Positions 19,767 to 30,032 are shown, counted from the stretch's first letter. The stretch is 64,000 bases of DNA from Patescibacteria group bacterium UBA5147 (GCA_002415345.1 DHXV01000001.1:248907-312906); one strand, 5' to 3'. The notes: generated by a model from the letters alone, not told the origin. Program-made: numbers and translations.

Positions 19767-21692
19767 GTGAATCAACTCAAAGATATCATTCAAGCGACTG
19801 CCGCCACACCGCGACTAACGGTCGGCGACGTTACGTTTAACGTCGATCAGACTATTGAAACCGCTCGCTCGCTGACTGACTCTTCCCTCATCGTCTTCCC
19901 CGAACTGGGCCTCACTGGCTACACATTGGCCGATTTGGTGCACCAACCAACGCTCCTGACTGCGGCACGGCTTGGACTCCTAGAATTAGCCGAACAGTCC
20001 GCCGATATCCCGGCCATTCTCATCGTCGGGCTGCCGCTTGACGTCCAAAGCCGGCTGTTTAACGTGGCGGCAATCGTTTACGTCGGCCAGATTCTAGGCA
20101 TCGTCCCCAAGGTCTACCTGCCCAACTACCAGGAATTCTACGAGGCACGCTGGTACGTGAGCGGCGAGAACCTTACAGCAAGCGAAGTTACCATCGGCAA
20201 TCAGACCGTACCCATCGGCACCGATCTGCTCTTTGACTGCCCTGCCGTCCCCGGTCTCACGCTGGGAGTGGAAATTTGCGAAGACCTGTGGGTTCCGTTG
20301 CCGCCCAGCACGTTCATGGCCTTAAGCGGTGCCACCGTCATCGCCAATCTCTCGGCGTCCAATGAACTGGCGGGCAAGGCCGGCTATCGCCGCGATCTGG
20401 TGGTGCAACAATCGGCCCGGTTGCGCGCGGGGTACGTCTACGCCTCGGCCGGGGTGGACGAATCCACCACCGACCTGGTGTTCGGCGGCCACAACCTGAT
20501 TGCCGCTAACGGCCAACTATTGGCCGAATCCCAGCGGCTGGTGCGCGCCTCAACCGCCATCAGCGCCGACATCGATCTGGCTCACCTGGCCTTTGACCGC
20601 CGCCGCGCCGGAACGTTCCGCTTACCGGCCGGCCTGCCCGCGCCCAATTACCGCCGCATCCCCGTGCCGCTAGAGGCCAAAGCCGATTCGCACCTAATCA
20701 AACCACCGTCCGCGGCGCCGTTTGTCCCGTCGAACGGACCCGAACTAGACGAGCGCACCCAGGAAATATTCAACCTCCAGGCCGCCGCGCTCGCCAGTCG
20801 CCTGCAGCAATCGGGCATCCGTGAGGTCGTACTGGGGCTGTCGGGCGGGCTCGATTCCACCCTGGCGCTCCTGGTCGCCGTCCGCGCGCTGAGCGAGCTA
20901 GGCGAGCCGCTCACCCGGCTCCACGCCTTTACGCTGCCCGGCATGGCAACCTCCGGCCGCACCAAATCGAACGCCCACCGCCTGGGCCAGGCTCTGGAAA
21001 TCCAGGTCGAGGAAATTGCCATTTCCGAGGGCAGCCTGGGGCAGCTGCGCGATATCGGCCATGACGCAACCACCCAGGACGTCACCTACCAAAACGCTCA
21101 GGCCCGGTACCGGACCACCTTACTGCTAAACAAGGCCAATCAGCTGGGCGCGATGGTGCTTGGAACCGGCGACCTCTCCGAAATCGCCCTGGGTTGGGCC
21201 ACCTTTAACGGCGACCACATCTCCCACTACCACGTCAACGCCGGTGTCCCCAAGACGCTCGTAAGGCACCTGGTAACCTGGGCAGCACGTCAAAGGGAGT
21301 TCACAACCGCCCGCGCTACGCTGCTGGATATCGTCGATACGCCTATCTCCCCTGAGCTCACTAGCGGCGGCAAGGACGCCCTCGACCAGTCGACAGAAGC
21401 CCTTATCGGCCCCTACGAACTGACCGATTTTTATCTTTACCACTTCATTCGGTGGGGCGATAATCCGGCCAAGATCCTGGCCCTGGCAGGGGAGTCCTTT
21501 GCAGGCATTTACACAGGTGACGAGCTAAAACTTTGGCTCACCTCGTTCATCAAGCGCTTCTTCGGTGCCCAATGGAAACGGTCCGTCATGCCGGATGGCC
21601 CCAAAATAGGCTCCGTTTCCTTGAGTCCTCGGGGTGACTGGCGCATGCCGTCCAGCATGACTGCCGAAACCTGGCTCCGTGAGTTACAATAA
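19767..21692 (+). CDS. nadE: Glutamine-dependent NAD+ synthetase (N-terminal nitrilase/CN-hydrolase domain plus C-terminal NAD synthetase domain)
   Basis: 641 aa. C-terminal PP-loop SGGLDS. N-terminal carbon-nitrogen hydrolase fold with catalytic-Cys context (GVEICEDLW). Confidence 0.9.
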   Translation: MNQLKDIIQATAATPRLTVGDVTFNVDQTIETARSLTDSSLIVFPELGLTGYTLADLVHQPTLLTAARLGLLELAEQSADIPAILIVGLPLDVQSRLFNVAAIVYVGQILGIVPKVYLPNYQEFYEARWYVSGENLTASEVTIGNQTVPIGTDLLFDCPAVPGLTLGVEICEDLWVPLPPSTFMALSGATVIANLSASNELAGKAGYRRDLVVQQSARLRAGYVYASAGVDESTTDLVFGGHNLIAANGQLLAESQRLVRASTAISADIDLAHLAFDRRRAGTFRLPAGLPAPNYRRIPVPLEAKADSHLIKPPSAAPFVPSNGPELDERTQEIFNLQAAALASRLQQSGIREVVLGLSGGLDSTLALLVAVRALSELGEPLTRLHAFTLPGMATSGRTKSNAHRLGQALEIQVEEIAISEGSLGQLRDIGHDATTQDVTYQNAQARYRTTLLLNKANQLGAMVLGTGDLSEIALGWATFNGDHISHYHVNAGVPKTLVRHLVTWAARQREFTTARATLLDIVDTPISPELTSGGKDALDQSTEALIGPYELTDFYLYHFIRWGDNPAKILALAGESFAGIYTGDELKLWLTSFIKRFFGAQWKRSVMPDGPKIGSVSLSPRGDWRMPSSMTAETWLRELQ

Positions 21693-22374
21693 TGGCATGC
21701 CTAACTTTCCTAAGCCGTTACCGGAAATCCAGATGACGGTGGACGTCATTATTTTCACCGTTACCGCCGGCCAATTGAACGTACTGCTCATCCGCCGCCA
21801 AAGCGAGCCGTTCGCCGGTACCTGGGCACTGCCCGGCGGCTATTTGCAGGCCGATGAAATCTCGGAGGACTCCGCCATTCGCGTCCTGCGCGACAAAGCC
21901 GGCGTGCGTGAGCCGTTCATCGAGCAACTCTATACCTTTGACGCCCTTGACCGCGACCCGCGAGGCCGCCTGGTCTCCATCGTCTACTACGCGCTGGTGC
22001 CGGAAGAGTCGCTCAAGATTAACACTCGTCCCGACCTGCAGAATCCCACGCTCGTGCCCGTCACCGCCCTGCCCGACCTGGCCTTCGACCACGCCGACAT
22101 GGTGGAATACGCCATCACGCGCCTGCAGTCAAAGCTGGAGTACACCAACGTAGTCTTCTCGCTGCTGCCGCCCACCTTCACCTTTACCGAGTTGCAGCGC
22201 ACCTACGAGGCCATCCTTGAGCGACCGCTCGACAAGCGCAACTTCCAGAAGAAATTCGCCTCGCTGGGCCTGATTGAAGCCACTAGCGAGATGACCTCCG
22301 GCGACAAACACCGTCCGGCCCGTCTCTACCGTTTCATCGATAACAAACCGACCGAACTGAAGAAGTTCTTCTAA
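21679..22374 (+). CDS. nrtR: NrtR-like Nudix-related transcriptional regulator (degenerate Nudix domain plus C-terminal winged-helix-like domain). Start probably ATG 21697
   Basis: 231 aa. Nudix-like segment GGYLQADEISEDSAIRVLRDKAGV with degenerate catalytic residues. Embedded between nadE and pncB. The track start is GTG and overlaps the nadE stop. Confidence 0.65.
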   Translation: MSYNNGMPNFPKPLPEIQMTVDVIIFTVTAGQLNVLLIRRQSEPFAGTWALPGGYLQADEISEDSAIRVLRDKAGVREPFIEQLYTFDALDRDPRGRLVSIVYYALVPEESLKINTRPDLQNPTLVPVTALPDLAFDHADMVEYAITRLQSKLEYTNVVFSLLPPTFTFTELQRTYEAILERPLDKRNFQKKFASLGLIEATSEMTSGDKHRPARLYRFIDNKPTELKKFF

Positions 22375-22460
22375 AACGGCGCCTGATCGTATTAGGTTGA
22401 TGCTTTGTCATGACTTAGTGTTGACAATACAGTAACTAGGGTATATATTCAATTTGTAAG

Positions 22461-22481
22461 GTGTAATAAATACACTAAGCA
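22461..22481. promoter_or_regulatory. Palindromic operator-like site AGGTGTAATAAATACACTAAG upstream of pncB. A related half-site CTTAGTGT lies at 22415-22422 overlapping a TTGACA -35 box
   Basis: GTGTA-N5-TACAC palindrome with a right half matching the nadE and PP2C-operon sites. ~20 nt upstream of the pncB RBS. Confidence 0.4.
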
Positions 22482-22500
22482 ACTTGATAAGGAGCCCCTA

Positions 22501-23733
22501 ATGCTAACCGACCGCATCATCCAATCTTTGCTCGACAACGACTTCTACAACTTCACCATGGGTCAGCTCATCTGGCAGCACTTCGCCACCGTCGACGTGA
22601 GCTACCGCTTCATCAACCGCACCCGCGGCGGAGCGGATCTGGCCACCCTGGTGGACCCTCACGAGTTCGATAGTCAGGTGCAGGCGGTGCGGAAGCTACG
22701 GTTCGGCAACCAAGAGCTGGCCTACCTCCGAACGCTCGGAATATTTGACGAGGGCTACCTCGCCTACCTGCGCAACCTGGAACTTCCGGTCGTCACCCTG
22801 AACGTGCGTGACGGCGAGCTTGGCATCGACTACCACGGCCCGTGGGCGGCGGCCATCCTTTGGGAAACGCCTCTGCTTGCCATCGTCAACGAACTAGCTG
22901 CCCGTACCCTGGGCAGCGGCCGCGAGGCGCAGATTGAAGCCGAGGCCCGCCGGCGTTTTGAGGCCAAGCTCGTCACTCTTAAGGCCAGCCCCGACGTGAA
23001 GTTCGTGGAGTTCGGTACCCGCCGTCGCGCCAGCTTCGCTCATCAACGATGGGTTCTGCAGCGCTTGGCAGCTGAGGTGCCCGCCCAGCTGCTCGGAACG
23101 TCCAACGTGGAACTGGCTCGCCAAACCGGCCTCACCCCCATGGGAACCATGGCCCACCAGTTGTTCATGGTGACGACGGCCCTTGAGGCAGCCGCCGGCA
23201 GCGACCACCCCATCGCCACCTCTCAAGCCAAGGTACTGGACCTCTTTGAGGCCGAATACGGCGGCGTCCGGGGCGGCAAGCTGCTCACCTTCCTGCCGGA
23301 CACCTTCGGCACGGAGACGAGTCTGGCCCTCCTGGAACCAAGCCGCGCCGCCCGCTGGGCCGGCTTCCGTCAGGACTCCGGTGACCCGTTTGAGGTCGGC
23401 GAGAGGCTCATCACCTATTGGGAGCAGGGCGGCATCGACCCGCAGGCCCAAAGCCTGATGTTTAGTGACGGTCTGGATTTGGACCTGATGAAGCGGCTGG
23501 CGGCGCGCTTTGGCAACCGCACCAACGTCGCCTTTGGCTGGGGCACCAACCTCACCAACGACACGCCGGTTCCGCCGCTGTCCATCGTCATCAAGCCGGT
23601 GGCAGCCAATGGCTACGCCGTCGCGAAACTCAGTGACAACCTGGCCAAGGCCACGGGAGAGGCGGCCACAATCGCCTCCCTCAAGCAGGAAGCGGGTTAC
23701 CATGTCACCTTCCGTATGGCGACCGTTTACTGA
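22501..23733 (+). CDS. pncB: Nicotinate phosphoribosyltransferase
   Basis: N-terminus DRIIQSLLDNDFYNFTMGQ is the PncB signature. 410 aa. Strong AAGGAG RBS. Confidence 0.85.
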   Translation: MLTDRIIQSLLDNDFYNFTMGQLIWQHFATVDVSYRFINRTRGGADLATLVDPHEFDSQVQAVRKLRFGNQELAYLRTLGIFDEGYLAYLRNLELPVVTLNVRDGELGIDYHGPWAAAILWETPLLAIVNELAARTLGSGREAQIEAEARRRFEAKLVTLKASPDVKFVEFGTRRRASFAHQRWVLQRLAAEVPAQLLGTSNVELARQTGLTPMGTMAHQLFMVTTALEAAAGSDHPIATSQAKVLDLFEAEYGGVRGGKLLTFLPDTFGTETSLALLEPSRAARWAGFRQDSGDPFEVGERLITYWEQGGIDPQAQSLMFSDGLDLDLMKRLAARFGNRTNVAFGWGTNLTNDTPVPPLSIVIKPVAANGYAVAKLSDNLAKATGEAATIASLKQEAGYHVTFRMATVY

Positions 23734-23803
23734 TCCACCCGCCCCGTCTGCGCGAAATGCGCAGACGAGGCCTTCTCATGTATGCTAAGTCCAAGGAATC
23801 ATT

Positions 23804-24589
23804 ATGCAACCCACGATTATAACCGCCCCCACCGAGACAGCCCGAAAGGCCCATAAGCAGCTGCAGGCGGCTCTCGAAAGCACCACGCTCCACCTGGACC
23901 GACCGGTCGTCTTTGCGGTGGGCGGCGACGGCACCATGCTGCGCGCCATCCGCGAATCCTGGCAAGACGACCCGATATTCGTCGGTATAGCGGCTGGCCA
24001 TTTGGGATTTTTGCAGGCCTTTGAACCCGAGCAAATCCCGGAGGTCCTGACTGCCCTTAACACGCTTAAGCCACAGACGATTTCCGCCCCGCTGATCGCG
24101 GCCTGGGACCAAACTGGCCAGCCCTTTGGCTACGGTTTCAACGACATTTCACTGGAACGCTCCGGGGCGCGGGCCAGCCGGTTCCATTTGGACATCGATG
24201 GTTCAACCGGCAGTTTCATCGGCGACGGCGTCATCTTTGCGACGGCCTTCGGGTCCACCGCCTATTCGTTGGCGGCCGGCGGCCCCGTCATCGATTCGCG
24301 CCTCCGCGACGTCTTTGTGGTCACCCCCAACAATCCGCACGTCTCAACCCAATACTCCAGCCTCCAGCGCCCGCACGTCCTGCAGCGCGGGCGCCAGGTT
24401 AAACTGCATCTGACAACCGAGGACGCCGTCGAGCGGCCGACCCAGCTCGTCATCGACGGCAATACGGTCGAGAAGCAACTCACTGGGACCGTGACCATAG
24501 CTCTGTCGAATAAGACCATCTCCTTTTTACAGCTTGAGGCCGACAGCTTCCATGCGCGACTCGATGCCAAGCGGCTGGGGCGATCATGA
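23804..24589 (+). CDS. nadK: NAD kinase
   Basis: GGDGT motif (VVFAVGGDGTMLRAI), NE/D motif, DGxxxxTxxGSTAYSLAAGGP. Confidence 0.85.
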   Translation: MQPTIITAPTETARKAHKQLQAALESTTLHLDRPVVFAVGGDGTMLRAIRESWQDDPIFVGIAAGHLGFLQAFEPEQIPEVLTALNTLKPQTISAPLIAAWDQTGQPFGYGFNDISLERSGARASRFHLDIDGSTGSFIGDGVIFATAFGSTAYSLAAGGPVIDSRLRDVFVVTPNNPHVSTQYSSLQRPHVLQRGRQVKLHLTTEDAVERPTQLVIDGNTVEKQLTGTVTIALSNKTISFLQLEADSFHARLDAKRLGRS

Positions 24590-26181
24590 GCATCACCAAC
24601 ATCCTTATTCCCGGCCGTCATCACGTTCTGACGAATTTCCAGCATGACTATTTGAGCCAACTCATAGCTGACCCGACCAGCGTTCGCGATACCGGCGGTA
24701 AGGCTGTGAATTTGGGCTCTGAACTCAAGTTTATCTGGGCCGTCACCAGCGCCAACCATGCAGGCACCCGCCGCAATCCCCTGCCCGGCCACCGGCGCGA
24801 AGCGGCTATCGAAAAATTCGCTTTGGGCGCGCCATCATACGTTTTTCCAATCGATAACGTCGGTGAATCACCGCGGTTCGCCGACCATACCATCAAGGAA
24901 ATCGAGGTGCTCAGCCGCGGACAGTTCAGGTTGACTCCAAAAAATACCGTCGTGGCGGTGTCGACGCCGGCGGTCATCGACCTGTATGAGAAACTCGGCT
25001 TTGTCATCCTGCCAATGGAACTATCGAGTCGTGAAACCGGCGCGTCGTCCGCTCCCCGCGCTTGGGATATCGTCCTGGCGATTGCGGCGGCCGGTGCGGA
25101 GTGGCGCGCCGATAAGACCTATCTTGAGCTGGTTCATCCGGCATCAAAAGATATCTTGGAGCGCTACCGTCTCGGCGATTTGATCGTGGACGTCCACAAC
25201 GACCCGCTGCTAAGCGACGAAGGCGACATCACCGAACATCGCGATTACGCCACCTACCGCCAGGCCTTTGACGAGGGTGCCGAACGCAAATACGGCCCGA
25301 TGAGTGGCTATATCAAGCCCGGTCGCATAGTGGATGTTGGCAGTGCCACGGGTTCCATCATCAAACTCATGAGCGACGACCCGGCCTTAGCCGATGCGGA
25401 TTTGTACGGCATTGAAGTTGCCCGGCCGCTGTATGAAATCTGCCGGCAGCGCAAGGCCAACGAGGAATTTGGCAACGAAAACACCTTCTTTTATCAACGC
25501 AACATCATGACGGGCAAGCTCTTCCCCGATAATACCGTCAATACCACTACCACATTTGCCCTGACCCATGAGATTGATTCCTACATCGGCCGCGACGGAT
25601 TGAACAAATTTATAACCCAAGTCTACGACCAAACCGCTCCTGGCGGCGTTTGGATAAATTCTGACGTCGTCGGGCCAGAGGGCGGTGAGAAAATTGTTTG
25701 GCTGTGGCTAGCTACTACCGACGGGCAAAACGAGACCGACGAGCAAAAGTCGGCCAATTCTCCGGCCTCGGGCGGGTATCTGGCGAACCTGCCCACCGCC
25801 GCGCGCTTCAAGCGTTTTACCCAAGACTTCCGCGCCGACGAGGGCGATGGTTTCACGGCCGAAATAGCCCTGCGCGAAGGCAAAACCTACGCCTTGCTCC
25901 GTCTGGCCGACGCCGTGGAGTTCATGGTTACCAAAGACTACACGCAGAGCTGGTACAGCGAAATGCACGAGCGATTCTGCTACTGGTCGATTGATGATTG
26001 GAGGCAGGCCGTTACCGCTGCCGGCTTCACCGTCCATCCCGATTCCGCCGCCACCCGCAACGATTGGATAGTCCACAACCGCTGGGCCGGCCACGTCGCA
26101 CTGCTGCGCGAAACCGGCGGCAAGCTTGAGCCGATGGAATTTCCGGTAACGAACATGTTGCTTATAGCCGAGAAAAAATAG
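24586..26181 (+). CDS. Fusion protein: N-terminal ~230-aa domain (possible nucleotidyltransferase-like, His-rich PGRHHVLTNFQHDYL segment) plus C-terminal class I SAM-dependent methyltransferase domain
   Basis: SAM motif I IVDVGSATGSI. 531 aa. ATGA overlap with nadK. Domain assignments are by eye only. Confidence 0.5.
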   Translation: MSITNILIPGRHHVLTNFQHDYLSQLIADPTSVRDTGGKAVNLGSELKFIWAVTSANHAGTRRNPLPGHRREAAIEKFALGAPSYVFPIDNVGESPRFADHTIKEIEVLSRGQFRLTPKNTVVAVSTPAVIDLYEKLGFVILPMELSSRETGASSAPRAWDIVLAIAAAGAEWRADKTYLELVHPASKDILERYRLGDLIVDVHNDPLLSDEGDITEHRDYATYRQAFDEGAERKYGPMSGYIKPGRIVDVGSATGSIIKLMSDDPALADADLYGIEVARPLYEICRQRKANEEFGNENTFFYQRNIMTGKLFPDNTVNTTTTFALTHEIDSYIGRDGLNKFITQVYDQTAPGGVWINSDVVGPEGGEKIVWLWLATTDGQNETDEQKSANSPASGGYLANLPTAARFKRFTQDFRADEGDGFTAEIALREGKTYALLRLADAVEFMVTKDYTQSWYSEMHERFCYWSIDDWRQAVTAAGFTVHPDSAATRNDWIVHNRWAGHVALLRETGGKLEPMEFPVTNMLLIAEKK

Positions 26182-26197
26182 GCCTGCCCACAAGAAA

Positions 26198-26232
26198 AGC
26201 CCGCTTTAGATGTAAGTCCAAAGCGGGCGTTG
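26198..26232. terminator. Bidirectional intrinsic terminator (AAAAGCCCGCTTTAGATGTAAGTCCAAAGCGGGCGTTGT)
   Basis: GCCCGCTTT/AAAGCGGGC stem between convergent genes. Confidence 0.55.
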
Positions 26233-26238
26233 TAGTTC

Positions 26239-27042
26239 TTAGCCGCCGAAGCCACCCATGCCGGTGAGCTGCGAGAAGTTCGCGGCCTGCGAGGCGCGGA
26301 CGGCGGACTGGCTGACGGTCTGGAAAGCGCGGCGGATCTCACTGGGGCTGTTGCCCGGGGTGAGGATCCATTCGTCCAGGATGCCCATGTCACGGAAGAC
26401 CTGGTGGAAGTCCGTGTAGCCGTCGTCGATGCCCATGCCGATGATGATGTGGGCCTCGGTGCGAAGCAGGCCTGCGACCATCTGGCGGACGCTGGCGGCG
26501 TCTTGGGCGTACGAATGAGCGTCGGCGCCGTCGGTGACGATGACCGTGACGGCCCGGGCGGCGACGCCGCCTTGTTCGAACTCGGCCATTTTGGCGGCCA
26601 CACCGGTGAGGGTAACGGCCGTCTGATCGTAGAGCGGGGTGCCACCCATGGGGTCGTAGTTGCCCGAATCCAGGCGCTCGGCCCCATCCAAGGTGCGGTA
26701 CGGGTAGAGCACGCCATGGTCGGTGCCGCGGCTATCGTTGAGGTAGCGGCAACTGGCCAATACCGCGGCGGACTGCTTAGTGGCTTTGAGCGAATCGATG
26801 ATCAGGTTGTGGCCGTCGCGTACCAACTGGGCGTTGGAGCCGAAACGGATCGAGCCGGAGTCATCGAGCAGCTGGGTAACCAGCAGGACCTCGGAGCTCT
26901 CGATGTCGTCGAGCTTGACCGAGCCGAGGCCGGCCATGATGGCGGGACCCATGGTGTCGGCGGCAAGCTGCATGGTTTGGGTGGCCTGGTCGTCCAGGCC
27001 CGCATCGCCCAGGAGGGCGGTGAGGTTAGCGGTGGAGCTCAT
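26239..27042 (-). CDS. von Willebrand factor A domain protein (TerY-like)
   Basis: MIDAS motif DDSGSI (DxSxS) and VIVTDGADA. 267 aa. Last gene of the PP2C-kinase operon. Confidence 0.7.
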   Translation of the reverse strand: MSSTANLTALLGDAGLDDQATQTMQLAADTMGPAIMAGLGSVKLDDIESSEVLLVTQLLDDSGSIRFGSNAQLVRDGHNLIIDSLKATKQSAAVLASCRYLNDSRGTDHGVLYPYRTLDGAERLDSGNYDPMGGTPLYDQTAVTLTGVAAKMAEFEQGGVAARAVTVIVTDGADAHSYAQDAASVRQMVAGLLRTEAHIIIGMGIDDGYTDFHQVFRDMGILDEWILTPGNSPSEIRRAFQTVSQSAVRASQAANFSQLTGMGGFGG

Positions 27043-27105
27043 AGCAGTGTCCTTTCAGGACGGGAGTGGGCGGGGGGGCCGGTCGGCCGCCCCGCGGGTT
27101 GAGCG

Positions 27106-28170
27106 TTACAGCTTGATGTCGGGCCACTGCTCCATCGGCGTGGTCGACGAGACGACGTGCATTCCGGCGGCCTTGAACTTGTCGAAGGCCGCGGTGGCGT
27201 CAGCCTCGTAGCTGTAAATCAGGTTGCCGGCCGGGTCCTTTACCACGATGGGCGTGGTGCAGTCTTCCAGCAGGTAGACCTTGCGGGCCAGCGACGGATC
27301 CTTGGCCGCGATTTCGCGGATCAGGTCATCGATGGTCCAGGCGACGCAGTGGCTCTTGGCCTGGCCAAAAATCACCAATACGTCGTAATCGAGCAGCTTC
27401 TGCACGAAGGCCGTGTTGCGCGGCACCGGTGTGCCGTTGAACAACTCCTTGACCTCCGGGCCCAACACCGAGTAGTTCTCGACCCAGGGGTTGGTCCCCT
27501 TGACCTCGAACCCGGTCTGGGCGCCGCGGGCCACCGCGTGGAAGAACGCCGCCTCTTCGACGCCGCTCACCAGGGTGTGTCCCTTGCCGCCGAGCATGCC
27601 GTGGAACGGCCAGATGGTCAGGGCGTAGCGCCCGGCCTTCTCGAGCTCACGGGTGTAGTGCTCCAGCTGCCTCTGGGCCGCCGGGTAACTGGTACCCAGA
27701 GCCGAGCAGAGCTGAGGACTGACGTGCCATTGACCGCTCTGCACCTCGTCGTGAGTGACGTTGGTGAACGGTGCGGGGTGGTTACCGTCGGGGTCGACCA
27801 GGAAGGTCTGATGGAAGACGGCGTAGGCGCGGTGAGTGTCCAGAGTGAAATCAAGCCCCGTCAGACGGTGCATGTTCCGGTAGAGCCACTCGGTGGTCCG
27901 GATGCTGTCATCGACGGCTCCGGTGCCGGAAGCTCCGGCGACGTAGAGCTCGCCGTGCGGGTTGCAGAACGTCTCCTGGACATCGATACCCAAGGCGCCG
28001 ATGCGGACATGGTCGGTGGATGCCGCCTTGATCCCCTGCTGACCGCGCCAATTACGGGCAGCGGCCTCCAGGGCCTGGTAGTTGACCCACCGCGTGTGGT
28101 CGACGACTCCTTTGGGGTCGTAGTGCGGGGGCAGCGGGAGTTCGTTGTGGTTCATCTTGTTCTCCTTCAC
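27106..28170 (-). CDS. pncA: Long-type nicotinamidase / isochorismatase-family cysteine hydrolase (PncA/Pnc1-like). Likely start ATG 28155
   Basis: Matches to the Pnc1/PncA family: GIDVQETFC (compare VVDMQNDF), DTHRAYAVFH, IWPFHG, and VLVIFGQAKSHCVAWTIDD (compare VVGIATDHCV, catalytic Cys). An AAGGAG RBS lies before the internal ATG. Confidence 0.65.
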   Translation of the reverse strand: MKENKMNHNELPLPPHYDPKGVVDHTRWVNYQALEAAARNWRGQQGIKAASTDHVRIGALGIDVQETFCNPHGELYVAGASGTGAVDDSIRTTEWLYRNMHRLTGLDFTLDTHRAYAVFHQTFLVDPDGNHPAPFTNVTHDEVQSGQWHVSPQLCSALGTSYPAAQRQLEHYTRELEKAGRYALTIWPFHGMLGGKGHTLVSGVEEAAFFHAVARGAQTGFEVKGTNPWVENYSVLGPEVKELFNGTPVPRNTAFVQKLLDYDVLVIFGQAKSHCVAWTIDDLIREIAAKDPSLARKVYLLEDCTTPIVVKDPAGNLIYSYEADATAAFDKFKAAGMHVVSSTTPMEQWPDIKL

Positions 28171-30032
28171 TTGATGGTGAGCAGGCTGATGACGCGGGCG
28201 GAAACAGCGTAGATTCCGCCTGGCCCCGGGTGGAGCCGGGTGGTGCGGTCAACGAAGCTGGCGGTATCCGGGAAGGTTTGCGTCACGGAGATGGCTCCGT
28301 TATCGGCTACGATCCTAAGGATACCGTCGTCGGTGGCGGCAAACAGCGAAGTGCCACCTGCGAACCGACCATGAATGCCGGCTGCCAGCCAGGAATCTTC
28401 GTCCTGATTGGCCTCGGCGTGGGCTATGACCGTACCTGAGCCGTCGATCACGTAGCAGTGGTTCACTAGGCGGCCGCTGCGTTGAACGGTAGCTAGGAGC
28501 CAGGCGTAATGATCGGAGATGGCGCAGGTCGCGTCGATGAGCTGGCCGGTGAAGGCCGGGATATCGACGCGGTCGTTGACGGCCTGGCCGCCTGTTGCGA
28601 ACACGAAGGCCCGCATCAGGCTTCCCGCCTGGTAGAACCCGAGGCCGAAGCTGGGGCCCGCCCAAAACAAGGTACGGCCGGTCAGTACGTCACCGACGTA
28701 GTCGCTGCCAAGCCGGGTACTGCGCCGGAGTTGGCCGTTTTGGAGCCAGAACCAACGCGTTCCCGCGGTATCAAAGACCGGCGTGCTACCGGCCGTATCG
28801 ACCGCCAGACGCTGCGGAGCCTGGTCGGGACTCAGAACGATGAGCCGATTGCCCCGCCCGATGAGCGTAGCGTCTTCGGCAATCCCGTAGCGTACGCCGG
28901 GTTCGAGTACTCCGGCCAGAACCTCACGGTCATTCTCCCGACGGAAACTATTGCCCTCATGGTAGAGGTAGCGCAGTTTGTCGCCGGTGGTCGTAACCTT
29001 GAGGATTCGGCCGGTGGTCTTAAAGACCTGCGTCGCCGTGACCGTTCCGCGGATCACCACGGTTTGGCGGACGACTCCAGGCCTCGCACACCCCGGACAA
29101 CTGTCCCGGGCGTGGCTCAGGCCGCACTGATTGCAAACCGTCCAACGGGCCGCCTGCAGGAGAGCGAGCGGAAATTCCTCGCGGCGGTCCCGGTTAAAGA
29201 CGGCCGCAAATCGTTCCGCCAGCTCGTCGGGCAGGACGCCCAGCGGCAAGGCCGGCTTGGGGTAGATAACCTCCGGCGAACCGATCCCGAGGCGCTTCAG
29301 GACGCGAGCGTCATGTTGCAACCGCGGGCCCGTCGCCGGCCGGTGAACGCCGCCATAAGGCCCGGCGTAAAGCAGGGTCTGATGGAGCATCACCGCAAAG
29401 GCGTACCAGTCCGACGCCGAATTATGCGGTCGGAGCGGCGTGAGACTGCCTGAACCGCAGATGAGTGGATCCACGAACCGCGCCGTATAGGCGTGACAGA
29501 GGAACCGTCCGAACTGCAGGCTGTCGGCATCTACTAGGTGGAGCTGGCCGTCAGTTTCGACGAGCACGTTCAAGTCGTTGAAATCGGCGATGACGATGCC
29601 GAGCCGGTGGAGGGCTGCAACGACCCCGTGGAGTCGCACGAACACCTGCAAGGCCTGATTGCCGTCAATGGCTCCGGATTCCCGGAAGTGCCGGTCGCCG
29701 AAGCGCAGCAACGGTTGGGTGCCGATCAGCAGCGGCATGGCGTAGCCGACGATTCGCCGGCCGGAGCCGGAACGGGCCAACTGCCCGGGGACTACCACTT
29801 GTGGCGGCAGGCCGCTCGGAAAAGCCGGTAGCTTGGTCTGGTGTTCGCTGATCCGGTGGGTCGCACCAATCTGGGCCAGATGGTCGGCAGCGTAGGCGGG
29901 GTCGCTGGCTAGTTTATACAGCTTGAGTACCCGGTCGCCGCCGATATCGTAGATATCCGCCTCGCCCCCGCTGCCGATGATGGCGCGGGGATCGAGCCGG
30001 AGCCGTTTTCCGCCGAGCGTGACCTCGGTCAT
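28167..30032 (-). CDS. Ser/Thr protein kinase (Hanks-type, TerY-P triad-like) with C-terminal Cys4 zinc-ribbon and a ~300-aa beta-rich domain
   Basis: Gly loop IGSGGEADIY. VLK lysine. Catalytic loop LHRLGIVIADFNDLNVLV. A DAD in place of DFG (LVDADSLQFG). CNQCG...CPGC. 621 aa. ATGA overlap with the PP2C gene. Confidence 0.7.
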   Translation of the reverse strand: MTEVTLGGKRLRLDPRAIIGSGGEADIYDIGGDRVLKLYKLASDPAYAADHLAQIGATHRISEHQTKLPAFPSGLPPQVVVPGQLARSGSGRRIVGYAMPLLIGTQPLLRFGDRHFRESGAIDGNQALQVFVRLHGVVAALHRLGIVIADFNDLNVLVETDGQLHLVDADSLQFGRFLCHAYTARFVDPLICGSGSLTPLRPHNSASDWYAFAVMLHQTLLYAGPYGGVHRPATGPRLQHDARVLKRLGIGSPEVIYPKPALPLGVLPDELAERFAAVFNRDRREEFPLALLQAARWTVCNQCGLSHARDSCPGCARPGVVRQTVVIRGTVTATQVFKTTGRILKVTTTGDKLRYLYHEGNSFRRENDREVLAGVLEPGVRYGIAEDATLIGRGNRLIVLSPDQAPQRLAVDTAGSTPVFDTAGTRWFWLQNGQLRRSTRLGSDYVGDVLTGRTLFWAGPSFGLGFYQAGSLMRAFVFATGGQAVNDRVDIPAFTGQLIDATCAISDHYAWLLATVQRSGRLVNHCYVIDGSGTVIAHAEANQDEDSWLAAGIHGRFAGGTSLFAATDDGILRIVADNGAISVTQTFPDTASFVDRTTRLHPGPGGIYAVSARVISLLTIK

